From Daejeonella sp. (GTDB taxonomy: Bacteria > Bacteroidota > Bacteroidia > Sphingobacteriales > Sphingobacteriaceae), in contig NZ_JBIKSU010000004.1 in assembly GCF_044348475.1 (NCBI RefSeq), forward strand, positions 7,602-71,601: a DNA stretch of 64,000 nt, written 5' to 3'. Of this stretch, positions 39,715 to 49,575 are shown piece by piece (the first letter of the stretch is position 1; each line of letters begins with the position of its first letter). The translations under genes and the position numbers were made by a program. The notes under the pieces were generated by a model. The model did not search any database. It saw only the letters and a list, made by a program, of their open reading frames with translations, and was not told where the DNA came from.

Positions 39715-40989
39715 TTAGTAGTGACATTTGCTACATTCCAAACCGCCTAAGACAGCAGCTGTAACTTTTTCACCTTTTTTCAATTTGTCATGAGCAGCAA
39801 TCAGCTTATCATAATAAGGATTATCCTTGTGATTAACTTCAGTCTCTCTGTGGCAATTGATACACCATTTCATGGTCAATGGAGAGTATTGATAAACTTC
39901 TTCCATGGTTTGAATTGGTCCGTGACACTTTTGACATTCAATACCTGCAACTGAAACGTGCTGAGAGTGGTTGAAATAGGCCAAGTCAGGTAAATTATGG
40001 ATTCTGATCCACTCTACCGGCTTGGTATTTTCACCATACTGTTTAGTATCTTGATTATAGTCAAGAGCAGTATAAATTTTCATAATCTCAGGAGAGGTCT
40101 TTCCTGCATATTTCTCTGAAGCCGTCACATAGTTATGACAGTTCATACAAACATTTAATGATGGAATTGAAGCATTCTTAGATGAAAATGCACCAGAGTG
40201 GCAGTACTGGCAGTCAATCTTATTTACTCCAGCATGAAGCTGATGCGAAAATTTAATGGGCTGAACTGGTTGGTAACCTGTATGAACTCCTGTATCCCAC
40301 ATGCCTTTCCATCCGGCCGAGCCTAGAAAAATTACACTAAGAAGAACGATGAAAAGAATGAATTTTTTGTTTTTAGATAATTTTTTTAATCCTGCGAAGC
40401 GATCTTTATCAACAGCATCTTCCTCTTCAACAGCTAGGCCCTTTTTCTGGAGCATAACGCGTTCTAAAGTCTGAATAACTTTGTTTAGAACCAAAACCAC
40501 AAGAAATGCAATGATAATTACAGCTAAAAGTCCAAATAACATGAAGTTACTCACGCCAACTGAAGATGCTGCGCCTCCCGTACCAGCCTGAGCTGCATTT
40601 GGATCTGCTGCCGGTTTTGGATCTCCAACCTTCACATAAGCGATTATGTTCTTGATATCATCATCTGACAATTCAGGAAAGGCTGACATCATTGCCGGAG
40701 AGTACTCAGATGCTTTTACCGCTAGTGCATCACCAGAAGCAATAAATGCAGGTGCATTCTTGATCCACTTCAACAAAAAAGCTTCGTCGTACTTTGTGTC
40801 TATACCCTTTAGGGCCGGACCTACTACCGCCTTTTCAATGCCATGGCAAGCGGTACATTTTTGTTTAAAAATCGCTGCCCCTGCTGCTGCATCCTGTGCG
40901 CTAGCTGAATTAGCAGCAGCCATACTTAGGAAAGAAACCAGTATCAGTGATTTTGTAACACTTCTAAAAAACAATGAGATGCTTCTCAT
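39715..40989 (-). CDS. actA: alternative complex III multiheme cytochrome c ActA with an extra N-terminal monoheme domain
   Basis: 424-aa ORF with six CxxCH motifs. One (CTACH) lies in an N-terminal class-I-like domain, followed by a low-complexity linker and two TM helices. The other five (CQYCH, CMNCH, CQKCH, CINCH, CSKCH) lie in the C-terminal c3/NrfB-like domain. Confidence 0.85.
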   Translation of the reverse strand: MRSISLFFRSVTKSLILVSFLSMAAANSASAQDAAAGAAIFKQKCTACHGIEKAVVGPALKGIDTKYDEAFLLKWIKNAPAFIASGDALAVKASEYSPAMMSAFPELSDDDIKNIIAYVKVGDPKPAADPNAAQAGTGGAASSVGVSNFMLFGLLAVIIIAFLVVLVLNKVIQTLERVMLQKKGLAVEEEDAVDKDRFAGLKKLSKNKKFILFIVLLSVIFLGSAGWKGMWDTGVHTGYQPVQPIKFSHQLHAGVNKIDCQYCHSGAFSSKNASIPSLNVCMNCHNYVTASEKYAGKTSPEIMKIYTALDYNQDTKQYGENTKPVEWIRIHNLPDLAYFNHSQHVSVAGIECQKCHGPIQTMEEVYQYSPLTMKWCINCHRETEVNHKDNPYYDKLIAAHDKLKKGEKVTAAVLGGLECSKCHY

Positions 40990-41237
40990 ATTGAGTATTT
41001 ATTCTTAAAATTTGAAACGTATAATTAAAAAGTTGATTGTTCTGTGTTATCAACATTTTTCTGAGGACAAAAGTATAGTTTATTCATTTATGGATGACAT
41101 TATCATGACCTATTTTATCAATTTATAATCATTCTAAATTATATCAAAAAACTACGCCTAATCACTCCAAGAAATGATTTTACAAAAATTATCATTTTTT
41201 GCACTCTTGAGGCATTTGCATTTAATAACTGTAAATA

Positions 41238-42218
41238 CTATTGCTTCAAAATCCAGGCAAAAATGAGTGGCGCAACGATAGTTGCATCAGATTCAACAAT
41301 AAATTTAGGCGTATGTATATCTAATTTACCCCAGGTAATCTTCTCATTTGGAACTGCCCCTGAATAGGAACCAAAAGAAGTAGTAGAATCTGATATCTGG
41401 CAGAAATAGCCCCAAAATGGAATGTTTTGCATTTCCATATCCTGATATAGCATCGGTACCACACAAATAGGAAAATCGCCAGCAATGCCCCCTCCGATCT
41501 GGAAAAAGCCCACTCCTTTACCACCTGAATTTGCAATATACCAGTCAGCTAACCAGCCCATGTACTCAATGCCACTCTTCATTGTTGAAGCATTCAATTC
41601 TTTCTTCATCACATAAGAGGCAAAAATATTCCCCATTGTTGAATCTTCCCATCCAGGAACAACAATTGGCAAATTCTTTTCAGCAGCGGCAAGCATCCAA
41701 GAATTTTTTGGATCAATTTCATAGTACTGTTCCAATACCCCGCTCAAAAGCATTTTATACATAAATTCATGCGGAAAATAGCGCTCACCAGAATCATCCG
41801 CATCTTTCCATAATTTATAAATATGCTTTTGTAATCTTCTGAATGCTTCTTCTTCGGGTATACAGGTATCAGTAACACGGTTATAGTGGTTCTCTAGAAG
41901 ATCCCATTCATCCTGAGGGCTAAGATCTCTGTAATTTGGCACCCGCTTATAATGTGAATGTGCAACCAGATTCATGATATCCTCTTCCAGGTTAGCGCCC
42001 GTACATGATATGATTGAAACTTTATCTTGGCGGATCATTTCAGCTAGTGAAATACCAAGTTCAGCTGTACTCATGGCACCGGCTAAAGTAATCATCATTT
42101 TACCCCCTTCATCAAGATAGGTTTCATAGCCTTTTGCCGCATCTACCAATGCAGCGGAATTGAAATGGAGATAATTTTTTTCTATAAATTGGGAAATTGG
42201 TCCTCTTTCTACGCTCAT
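41238..42218 (-). CDS. deoxyhypusine synthase family protein (bacterial homolog, function unknown)
   Basis: 326-aa ORF. The overall pattern (LAGAMSTAELG, GGGIAGDF, TWGK) matches my memory of the DHS-like NAD/spermidine-binding family. Confidence 0.75.
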   Translation of the reverse strand: MSVERGPISQFIEKNYLHFNSAALVDAAKGYETYLDEGGKMMITLAGAMSTAELGISLAEMIRQDKVSIISCTGANLEEDIMNLVAHSHYKRVPNYRDLSPQDEWDLLENHYNRVTDTCIPEEEAFRRLQKHIYKLWKDADDSGERYFPHEFMYKMLLSGVLEQYYEIDPKNSWMLAAAEKNLPIVVPGWEDSTMGNIFASYVMKKELNASTMKSGIEYMGWLADWYIANSGGKGVGFFQIGGGIAGDFPICVVPMLYQDMEMQNIPFWGYFCQISDSTTSFGSYSGAVPNEKITWGKLDIHTPKFIVESDATIVAPLIFAWILKQ

Positions 42219-42366
42219 ATTATAATTTTATTGGCAAAAATAAATAATTCCATCAGATAGGCGAATGTTTTATGAGATGCATCTGAATAAGATCTAAGGG
42301 AAGAGATACATTAATTTCCTATTATTAGGACCACTACTTATATTTATAAATTCAAACCCATCAATT

Positions 42367-44022
42367 ATGATCAAAAATCTAACATATTATCTACTTGCCG
42401 GTGTCGTATTTCTTGGTGCCTGCATTAAAAATAATCCCAATATAAGTGAAGAAGATGGTCTATTAGCATTCAGCGCCGATAGTTTAAGACTGCATGTGGC
42501 CGAGCTATCCGATGACTCGCTTCAAGGCCGCAAGCCATTTACTCAGGGCGAGACAAAAACCATTGCCTATTTGCAAAAAAAATTCAAAGAAAATGGACTT
42601 GAACCTGGAAATGGAGACAGTTACATCCAAGAGGTGCCTATGGTTAATATTAAAACCACGGCTTCACCACAAATGCAGGTTAACAACTCAAAAGGGAGCT
42701 TTATGCTAAAGGGCCTAGAAGACTATGTAATCTGGACAGATAAAATAACAGATAAAGTAAGTTTGGAGAATACTGAAGTGGTATTTGCAGGATATGGTGT
42801 GAATGCCCCAGAGCATAACTGGAATGATTATGCCGGTTTGGATGTTAAAGGAAAGGTAGTCATGGTAATGGTCAATGACCCAGGTTTCGCAACTGGAGAT
42901 TCCACACTATTCAAAGGCAAGAGCATGACCTATTACGGACGCTGGACTTATAAATTTGAGGAAGCGGCAAGGCAAGGTGCCAAAGCATGTTTGATTGTTC
43001 ACACTACAGAAGGTGCAAGTTATCCATTCAAAGTAGTACAGAATAGTTGGAATGCTTCAAAACTAAGGCTTGACGACCGTGGAAAAAATAATTCCTATAC
43101 CGATATCAATGGATGGCTTTCGCTACCTGCAGCAAAGAAACTAATTGCAGCAGCAGGGCAAGATTCAACGAGTTTTTTTGCTCAGGCAGATAAGAGAGGT
43201 TTTAAAGCTGTTGCTCTTGATCTGAAATTGAGTACCAGTTTGGAGGTAAAAACCACCTTCAATAAATCGATTAACGTAATCGGCAAAATAACCGGAAGCA
43301 AACGTCCGGATGAAGTAATTATTTACACTTCGCACTGGGATCATCTAGGTATTGGCTCTCCAGATGAAACCGCCGACTCAATCTATAATGGCGCATTTGA
43401 CAATGCCAGTGGTACTGCAAGCCTCATTGAACTGGCCAGAGCTTTTAAAAGCCTGAAAGTACAGCCTGAAAGAACAATCATTTTATTAGCTGTTACAGCA
43501 GAGGAACAAGGTCTGTGGGGATCTGCATATTACGCTCAAAACCCAATTTATCCTGCAATAAAAACTGTAGCGAACATTAATATTGATGGGGTGAACCCGT
43601 TTGAAAAAACAAAAGATATCATCATTGTTGGGCAGGGTCAATCAGAGCTAGAAGAATATTTAAAGGAAGCAGCCGAAAAAGCTGGACGCATAATTTCAAA
43701 TGAAACACATCCAGAAGCAGGATATTACTACCGATCCGACCATTTTAATTTTGCCAAAGCAGGTATACCTGCACTTTATACCTCTAAAGGAGTAGATGTT
43801 ATTGGAAAAGAACCGGGATATGGTCAAAAAGCAAAAGATGAATATACCGAGAAGCATTACCACCGTCCATCAGATGAATATGATCCGGCAAAATGGACAT
43901 TCGAAGGTGGTATTGATGATATCAAACTACTTTTCCAGGTAGGTAAAAAATTGGCATTTGAAGAAAAGATGCCACAATGGAAAGAAGGATCTGAATTTAA
44001 GGCTATTCGGGAAAAAAAATAG
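42367..44022 (+). CDS. M28 family metallopeptidase with a PA domain
   Basis: 551-aa ORF with a lipoprotein-type signal (GVVFLGAC). M28 motifs are present (SHWDHLG, AFDNASG, TAEEQGLWGS, DHF). Confidence 0.85.
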   Translation: MIKNLTYYLLAGVVFLGACIKNNPNISEEDGLLAFSADSLRLHVAELSDDSLQGRKPFTQGETKTIAYLQKKFKENGLEPGNGDSYIQEVPMVNIKTTASPQMQVNNSKGSFMLKGLEDYVIWTDKITDKVSLENTEVVFAGYGVNAPEHNWNDYAGLDVKGKVVMVMVNDPGFATGDSTLFKGKSMTYYGRWTYKFEEAARQGAKACLIVHTTEGASYPFKVVQNSWNASKLRLDDRGKNNSYTDINGWLSLPAAKKLIAAAGQDSTSFFAQADKRGFKAVALDLKLSTSLEVKTTFNKSINVIGKITGSKRPDEVIIYTSHWDHLGIGSPDETADSIYNGAFDNASGTASLIELARAFKSLKVQPERTIILLAVTAEEQGLWGSAYYAQNPIYPAIKTVANINIDGVNPFEKTKDIIIVGQGQSELEEYLKEAAEKAGRIISNETHPEAGYYYRSDHFNFAKAGIPALYTSKGVDVIGKEPGYGQKAKDEYTEKHYHRPSDEYDPAKWTFEGGIDDIKLLFQVGKKLAFEEKMPQWKEGSEFKAIREKK

Positions 44023-44108
44023 GAGTTTAAAACCCATTTGATTTTTTGATATAACCTAAAAGATATGCGCAGCACCCTATCTAAACAATAGTTAACTTAG
44101 CGGCCTTT

Positions 44109-45254
44109 ATGAATAAAGATCTGCTAAAGAAACTACCGGTATTAACATTGCTTCTATTGCTCAGCAGCAATGGATTTAGTCAAATGAAGTTGATTAAAAA
44201 ACTCTTCTCAAGTGATGCCGACACTGTTCGTTCCAGTAGTTTTCTTCCACTTCCAGTAATTGGCTATTCACAAGAAACTGGGGTAGAGTTTGGTGGCTTA
44301 AGCCTGTATTCTTTTTACACCGACCGCAAAGACACCCTTACCCGCACGTCGAGAATTAGTGGATTAGCAACTTTTACAACCAAAAAACAATCAAGTTTTC
44401 AACTCAAATCGGATATCTGGTCGGCACAGAATAAATACCATTATACCGGTGAGATCCGCTATAAAAATTTCCCATTTAATTTTTACGGTATTGGAAATTC
44501 AACCTTTGAGTTGAATGTAGACCCAATCACTCAGAAACTTTTTAAGCTGAATGGAGGAATTGAAAAACGATTTGGCAATACAAGGTACACGGGGTTAAAT
44601 ATTGCCTTTGAAAGTTATCAGTTCAGCGATAAGGCTATCGGCGGTATTTTCAGTACAGATCCTTCTATTTTCGATAAAGACGGCGGGAAAGTATTATATA
44701 TCGGATTCACACAGATAATTGATAGCAGAAACTCCAATACCTATACTACCAATGGAACTTTTGCACGGATGAATTACTCTTATGCTCCAGATATTTTCGG
44801 GGGCGATAATTTTGGTGGTAGCCTTTTTAAAATAGACCTACGAAATTTTCAATCGGTCAATAAAAAAACAACAATTGCCTTCAATGCTCAATATCAATCG
44901 CTGAATGGTGAAAATACTCCTTTTTACCTTTTGCCACAACTTGGAGGCGATGAGATGATGAGAGGTTATTATTTAGGGCGTTACCGTGACGAAAATTTAT
45001 TGGCCTTGCAATCTGAAATCCGATTGAGATTCCACCCCCGCTTCGGAATTGTTGGTTTTGCCGGAACAGGAACAGCTTTTACACGTAGAGATTTTAGTCT
45101 GAAAGATTTTAAACCCAACCTGGGTGGCGGATTTAGATATTTCTTTGACATTGAAAAGGGCTTGAGTATCAGAATGGATTACGGAATTGGAGAAAAGAAC
45201 CCGGGAGAAAAAAGACAAAGTGGGTTTTATTTAAGTTTAGGAGAGTCTTTTTAA
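44109..45254 (+). CDS. outer-membrane beta-barrel protein (BamA/TamA 'bacterial surface antigen' family barrel only)
   Basis: 381-aa ORF with a signal peptide, alternating beta-strand pattern, a GGD..MRGY motif and a C-terminal aromatic residue (...LSLGESF). Confidence 0.7.
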   Translation: MNKDLLKKLPVLTLLLLLSSNGFSQMKLIKKLFSSDADTVRSSSFLPLPVIGYSQETGVEFGGLSLYSFYTDRKDTLTRTSRISGLATFTTKKQSSFQLKSDIWSAQNKYHYTGEIRYKNFPFNFYGIGNSTFELNVDPITQKLFKLNGGIEKRFGNTRYTGLNIAFESYQFSDKAIGGIFSTDPSIFDKDGGKVLYIGFTQIIDSRNSNTYTTNGTFARMNYSYAPDIFGGDNFGGSLFKIDLRNFQSVNKKTTIAFNAQYQSLNGENTPFYLLPQLGGDEMMRGYYLGRYRDENLLALQSEIRLRFHPRFGIVGFAGTGTAFTRRDFSLKDFKPNLGGGFRYFFDIEKGLSIRMDYGIGEKNPGEKRQSGFYLSLGESF

Positions 45255-45318
45255 TAAGGGAAGAGAATTTTATTAATTTGCATACAGGAAAACCCTCATT
45301 CATCAATAAATTTAGTTT

Positions 45319-46623
45319 ATGCCAAAAATTTATAGTGTATTACTATCTTTTACCCTCCTGTTTTTACTATCCTGTGCTAAAAAGGAACAGAAATCTGAGA
45401 CTCAGCAAATCAACTCTCTGGCAGAAAACTATGTGCGCCTTGGTCTGACCATCGGCCAATACGATGCCGATTTTGTAGATGCTTATTATGGTCCGGATTC
45501 TCTGAAACCAGCCAGTTCTAAATCAGATATCTTTCCAAAAGACAGTCTCCTTAATCTAGTTACAGAACTAAGAAATAGTTTGAAAAATAGTACCCAAAAA
45601 CTAAGTGATACCAATAAAGTCAGAACCAGATGGATGTTGCAGCAACTTTTAGCATTCGATAGGCGTATTCGAATCTATTCAGGTGAATTCAAAACGTTTG
45701 ATGAAGAATCTAAAGAGCTCTTCGGCATTTCTGCCCCTATATATACAGAAGAACATTATAAACTTTTGCTCGACTCTCTAAACAAATTATTGCCAGGCAA
45801 TGGAAGTGTTCAGGACAGATTCCAAAATCTTGCTAACCGCTTCATCATTCCTGAAAATAAACTGGATACCATTTTTAAAACCACCATAGCCGAAGCAAGA
45901 AAAAGCACTAAAGCCTATTATCGTTTGCCTGAAACTGAAACATTCACCATAGAATATGTAAAAGATAAGCCTTGGAGCGGTTATAACTGGTATAAAGGCA
46001 ATTACACCAGTGTAATCCAGATCAATACCGATACCCGAATCTTTATTGAAAGAGCAATTGATGTGGGGAGCCATGAAAGCTACCCGGGGCATCATGTTTA
46101 CAATATGCTATTAGAAAAAAATCTTTATCAAGATAAAGGCTGGGTTGAAATTTCGCTTTATCCCTTGTTTAGTCCGCAGTCTTTTATAGCTGAAGGTAGC
46201 GCCAATTATGGTATCAACCTGGTATTCCCTGGCAATAGAAAAGTCAAATTTGCAAAAGAAATACTGCTTCCACTTGCCAAACTTGATACGGCCTACATTA
46301 CTAACTACTTCCATGCTTTAGCCATTAGAGGTAAACTTAACTATGCCAGAAATGAAGCTGCCAGAGGTATCGTCAATCAAACAATGACTGATAAACAGGC
46401 ATTGGAATGGCTGATGAACTATTGTCTTTACAACAAAGAAACAGCCCTCAAATCAATCAGCTTTATTAAAAAATACAGAAGTTATGTAATCAATTATAAT
46501 TATGGGCAAGATCTTGTCAGGAAGTATATTGAATCAAATGCAATTGATCCTAAAAAACGCTGGGATGTATTTGGAAAATTACTGAGTAACCCGGTTTTGC
46601 CCGAAGAACTACTAATCAACTAA
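45319..46623 (+). CDS. DUF885-like putative metallopeptidase lipoprotein
   Basis: 434-aa ORF with a lipobox (LLFLLSCAK). An HESYPGHH motif resembles the DUF885 HE..PGHH signature. The assignment is tentative. Confidence 0.45.
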   Translation: MPKIYSVLLSFTLLFLLSCAKKEQKSETQQINSLAENYVRLGLTIGQYDADFVDAYYGPDSLKPASSKSDIFPKDSLLNLVTELRNSLKNSTQKLSDTNKVRTRWMLQQLLAFDRRIRIYSGEFKTFDEESKELFGISAPIYTEEHYKLLLDSLNKLLPGNGSVQDRFQNLANRFIIPENKLDTIFKTTIAEARKSTKAYYRLPETETFTIEYVKDKPWSGYNWYKGNYTSVIQINTDTRIFIERAIDVGSHESYPGHHVYNMLLEKNLYQDKGWVEISLYPLFSPQSFIAEGSANYGINLVFPGNRKVKFAKEILLPLAKLDTAYITNYFHALAIRGKLNYARNEAARGIVNQTMTDKQALEWLMNYCLYNKETALKSISFIKKYRSYVINYNYGQDLVRKYIESNAIDPKKRWDVFGKLLSNPVLPEELLIN

Positions 46624-46646
46624 TCGCAATAAATTATTCAATCACA

Positions 46647-48146
46647 ATGAAAAAATTAATTTTTTTACTCTTATTTCCTGTACTGTCAATTGCACAGAAC
46701 AAGACTGAACAGAAAAAATTTCTGAAAATTGATAATTACGTGAATGGCTTGTTAGCCGATTGGAATATCCCCGGTTTAGCACTGGTGATTGTTCATAAAG
46801 ACCAAGTTATTTATAGCAAGGGATATGGATTCAGTGATCTAGAAAATAAAATTCCGGTGAGCAGCAGCACCCTATTCCCTATCGCTTCAAACAGTAAATT
46901 ATTTACTTCAACTTTAGCTACTCAGTTAGCATTTGAAGGCAAATTAGATTTGGATATACCAGTTAAAAAATATATATCCAATATTAATTTTTTTAATTCT
47001 GAATTAAATGAAAAAGTCACTCTTAGGGATATGCTCAGCCATCGTACCGGTCTTCCGGCGTACGATGGGATTTGGATAAATGCATCTTTCAAAAGAGCAG
47101 AACTAATTGAAAAAGTTGCTTACATGAAACCCAGTTTGGGATTTCGTGAAGGATATATTTACAATAATATCATGTATACCAGTGCGGGTATTGCAATAGA
47201 AGCCGTAACTAATAAAAGTTGGGAAAATAATGTCTCTGACCGTATTTTTAGACCATTAGGAATGAATGATAGTGGATTTACTGGTATTGGAGAAAAACCA
47301 AAAAACCATTCGCTCTCCTATTTTGAAGACGAAAGCAGCAAGAAAATTACTGCAAGAACCTTTATATCACAGTCAGAATCTTTAGCTCCAGCAGGAAATA
47401 TCTATTCCAGCATGACAGACATGAGTAAATGGCTAATCACTCAGGTGAATGGAGGTAAATTTAATGGTAAACAGGTTATTGCGGCCCAAGCCATTGCCGA
47501 AACAATGGTTCCAAATGCAATAGCCGATAAAAGAGGTCGCTATGACGAGCTTTCTAATTCCATTTATGCACTTGGTCGTATTCTTCAAACTTATAAGGGC
47601 ACAAAAATAGTTAGCCATACGGGATCAATCGATGGTTTTTATTCCAACATGACCTATTTACCAAAAGATAGTATTGCGCTCTTTATTGTTCATAATTTCA
47701 TGCCTGCTGGATCACTCAGATCAGTCATGAACCTCCCAATCATCGATATATTAAAAGATCGAGAAATTACCAATTGGAGTGAGCGTTACAGAAAAGACTA
47801 CCTAGAAGCAGAAGAAAAAAATAAAAAGAATGTTGATGAAATTAATGCCTCTCAGATAAGAAATACATTAACTTCACATCAGGCAGAGGCTTATACTGGC
47901 ACTTACAATCATCCGGTATATGGACAAATCACAATCAGCCTGAATAAAAACATGCTCCAAATCAGCTATAGAAGTATTAATAAAATGCTTCATCATTGGC
48001 ATTATGATCAGTTTATAACCATGGATGAGGGAGATGGCTATCCCGATTTGCGGATCAGCTTTTTAACTAATGATAAAGGAGATATAGACCGAATCAGCAC
48101 ACGACCTTTTGGAGATCCGGCAACAGAGTTTACCAAGATTAAATAA
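46647..48146 (+). CDS. serine hydrolase (beta-lactamase/PBP4*-like) with a C-terminal lipocalin-like (DUF3471-type) extension
   Basis: 499-aa ORF with a signal peptide and an SxxK motif (ASNSK). A HTG motif lies later. Confidence 0.8.
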   Translation: MKKLIFLLLFPVLSIAQNKTEQKKFLKIDNYVNGLLADWNIPGLALVIVHKDQVIYSKGYGFSDLENKIPVSSSTLFPIASNSKLFTSTLATQLAFEGKLDLDIPVKKYISNINFFNSELNEKVTLRDMLSHRTGLPAYDGIWINASFKRAELIEKVAYMKPSLGFREGYIYNNIMYTSAGIAIEAVTNKSWENNVSDRIFRPLGMNDSGFTGIGEKPKNHSLSYFEDESSKKITARTFISQSESLAPAGNIYSSMTDMSKWLITQVNGGKFNGKQVIAAQAIAETMVPNAIADKRGRYDELSNSIYALGRILQTYKGTKIVSHTGSIDGFYSNMTYLPKDSIALFIVHNFMPAGSLRSVMNLPIIDILKDREITNWSERYRKDYLEAEEKNKKNVDEINASQIRNTLTSHQAEAYTGTYNHPVYGQITISLNKNMLQISYRSINKMLHHWHYDQFITMDEGDGYPDLRISFLTNDKGDIDRISTRPFGDPATEFTKIK

Positions 48147-48174
48147 TCCCAACCAATAAAAATTAGTTGGGATT
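48145..48174 (+). terminator. Hairpin overlapping the stop of the first serine hydrolase gene (candidate terminator)
   Basis: 9-bp stem AATCCCAAC / GTTGGGATT with a 12-nt loop, followed by TTATT. Confidence 0.4.
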
Positions 48175-48235
48175 TATTGACAATTTTTCAATGAACCAAT
48201 ATTTATATATTTATAAACAATAAAAATAAATAATC

Positions 48236-49510
48236 ATGAAGAAGTACATTTTGTTTTTTATTCTTTTCGGCTCTGTCATTATTCAAACAGTAGGTCAAAC
48301 AATCAGCAATACAGGTCCAGAAGCGGCTGGATTCTCTGCCGAACATTTAAAGCGCCTGGATATTGCAATGAATGATTGGGTAGAGAAAGGATATATGAAT
48401 GGAGCAACAGCTTTGATTATCCGCGATGGAAAGATTGCTTACCATAAGGCTATCGGGTTTAATGACCTTGATACAAAAGCGCCTCTTCAGAAAGAAGGCA
48501 TTTTCAGAATTGCCTCACAAACCAAGGCAATCACTAGCGTTGCAATTATGATGCTTTTTGATGAGGGAAAATTATTACTTACTGATCCAGTTTCATTGTA
48601 TATCCCTTCATTCAAGAAGCAAAGTGTCATGCTAAACTTTAACCCTGCAGATACCAGCTACACTACAGTTCCTGCAAAAAGAGAAGTTACCATAAAGGAT
48701 CTTTTAACTCATACCTCAGGCCTTGGTTATGCGCAAATAGGCTCACAAGAGGCCAATGCAATCTATGCTAAAAACAATATCACTGCAGGTTTGGGTGTCA
48801 AAGACAGAACATTGCTTTCGGCAATGACCAAACTTGGTGAATTACCTTTGATGCACCAACCGGGCGAAAAATTTACCTATGGTTTGAATACCGACGTGTT
48901 GGGTTGCTTGGTAGAAATAATTTCTGGTGTAAGTCTTGATGAATTTTTTAAAACCCGAATTTTCGAGCCACTGGGCATGAAGGATACCTATTTCAATGTC
49001 CCTGCAAGCAAAGCTAATCGTTTAGTAAATCTATATACTGAAACACCTCAAGGAAAATTAGTAAAAGCAAATGCAGGAATGTTAAACAGTCCTGCAACTT
49101 CCAATTATCCGCTCGTTCCACATACCTATTATTCTGGCGGTGCCGGATTAAGTTCTACCATTTATGATTATAGCATTTTTCTTCAAATGCTGCTGAATAA
49201 TGGTGTTTACAATAATAAAAGATTATTAGGCCGCAATACAGTGAGAATGATGACAACTAATCAAATTGAAGGTATCCCCTATTCAGGTGGAACCTTTGGA
49301 CTAGGATTCGGAGTAGTTACTGATCAAAATAGCGGAAGTGCTCCCGCCCAAGTTGGCACATTTAATTGGGGAGGAGCATTTGCAACATCCTATTGGGTAG
49401 ATCCAAAAGAAAAAATGGTTTACCTGTTTTTTAGACAATTGCAGGCAAGAACACATAATGAGGTTGTTGAAAAGTTCAGAGCCTTAACTTATCAGGCCAT
49501 TAAAGATTAA
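48236..49510 (+). CDS. serine hydrolase (class C beta-lactamase/esterase family)
   Basis: 424-aa ORF with a signal peptide, an SxxK motif (ASQTK), YSGG and a GGAF tail. Confidence 0.82.
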   Translation: MKKYILFFILFGSVIIQTVGQTISNTGPEAAGFSAEHLKRLDIAMNDWVEKGYMNGATALIIRDGKIAYHKAIGFNDLDTKAPLQKEGIFRIASQTKAITSVAIMMLFDEGKLLLTDPVSLYIPSFKKQSVMLNFNPADTSYTTVPAKREVTIKDLLTHTSGLGYAQIGSQEANAIYAKNNITAGLGVKDRTLLSAMTKLGELPLMHQPGEKFTYGLNTDVLGCLVEIISGVSLDEFFKTRIFEPLGMKDTYFNVPASKANRLVNLYTETPQGKLVKANAGMLNSPATSNYPLVPHTYYSGGAGLSSTIYDYSIFLQMLLNNGVYNNKRLLGRNTVRMMTTNQIEGIPYSGGTFGLGFGVVTDQNSGSAPAQVGTFNWGGAFATSYWVDPKEKMVYLFFRQLQARTHNEVVEKFRALTYQAIKD

Positions 49511-49575
49511 TTTAACGAAAAATCGGAGCTGAATAGTTTGATACAAACACATTAATTTTACTAATACCTAAAATT

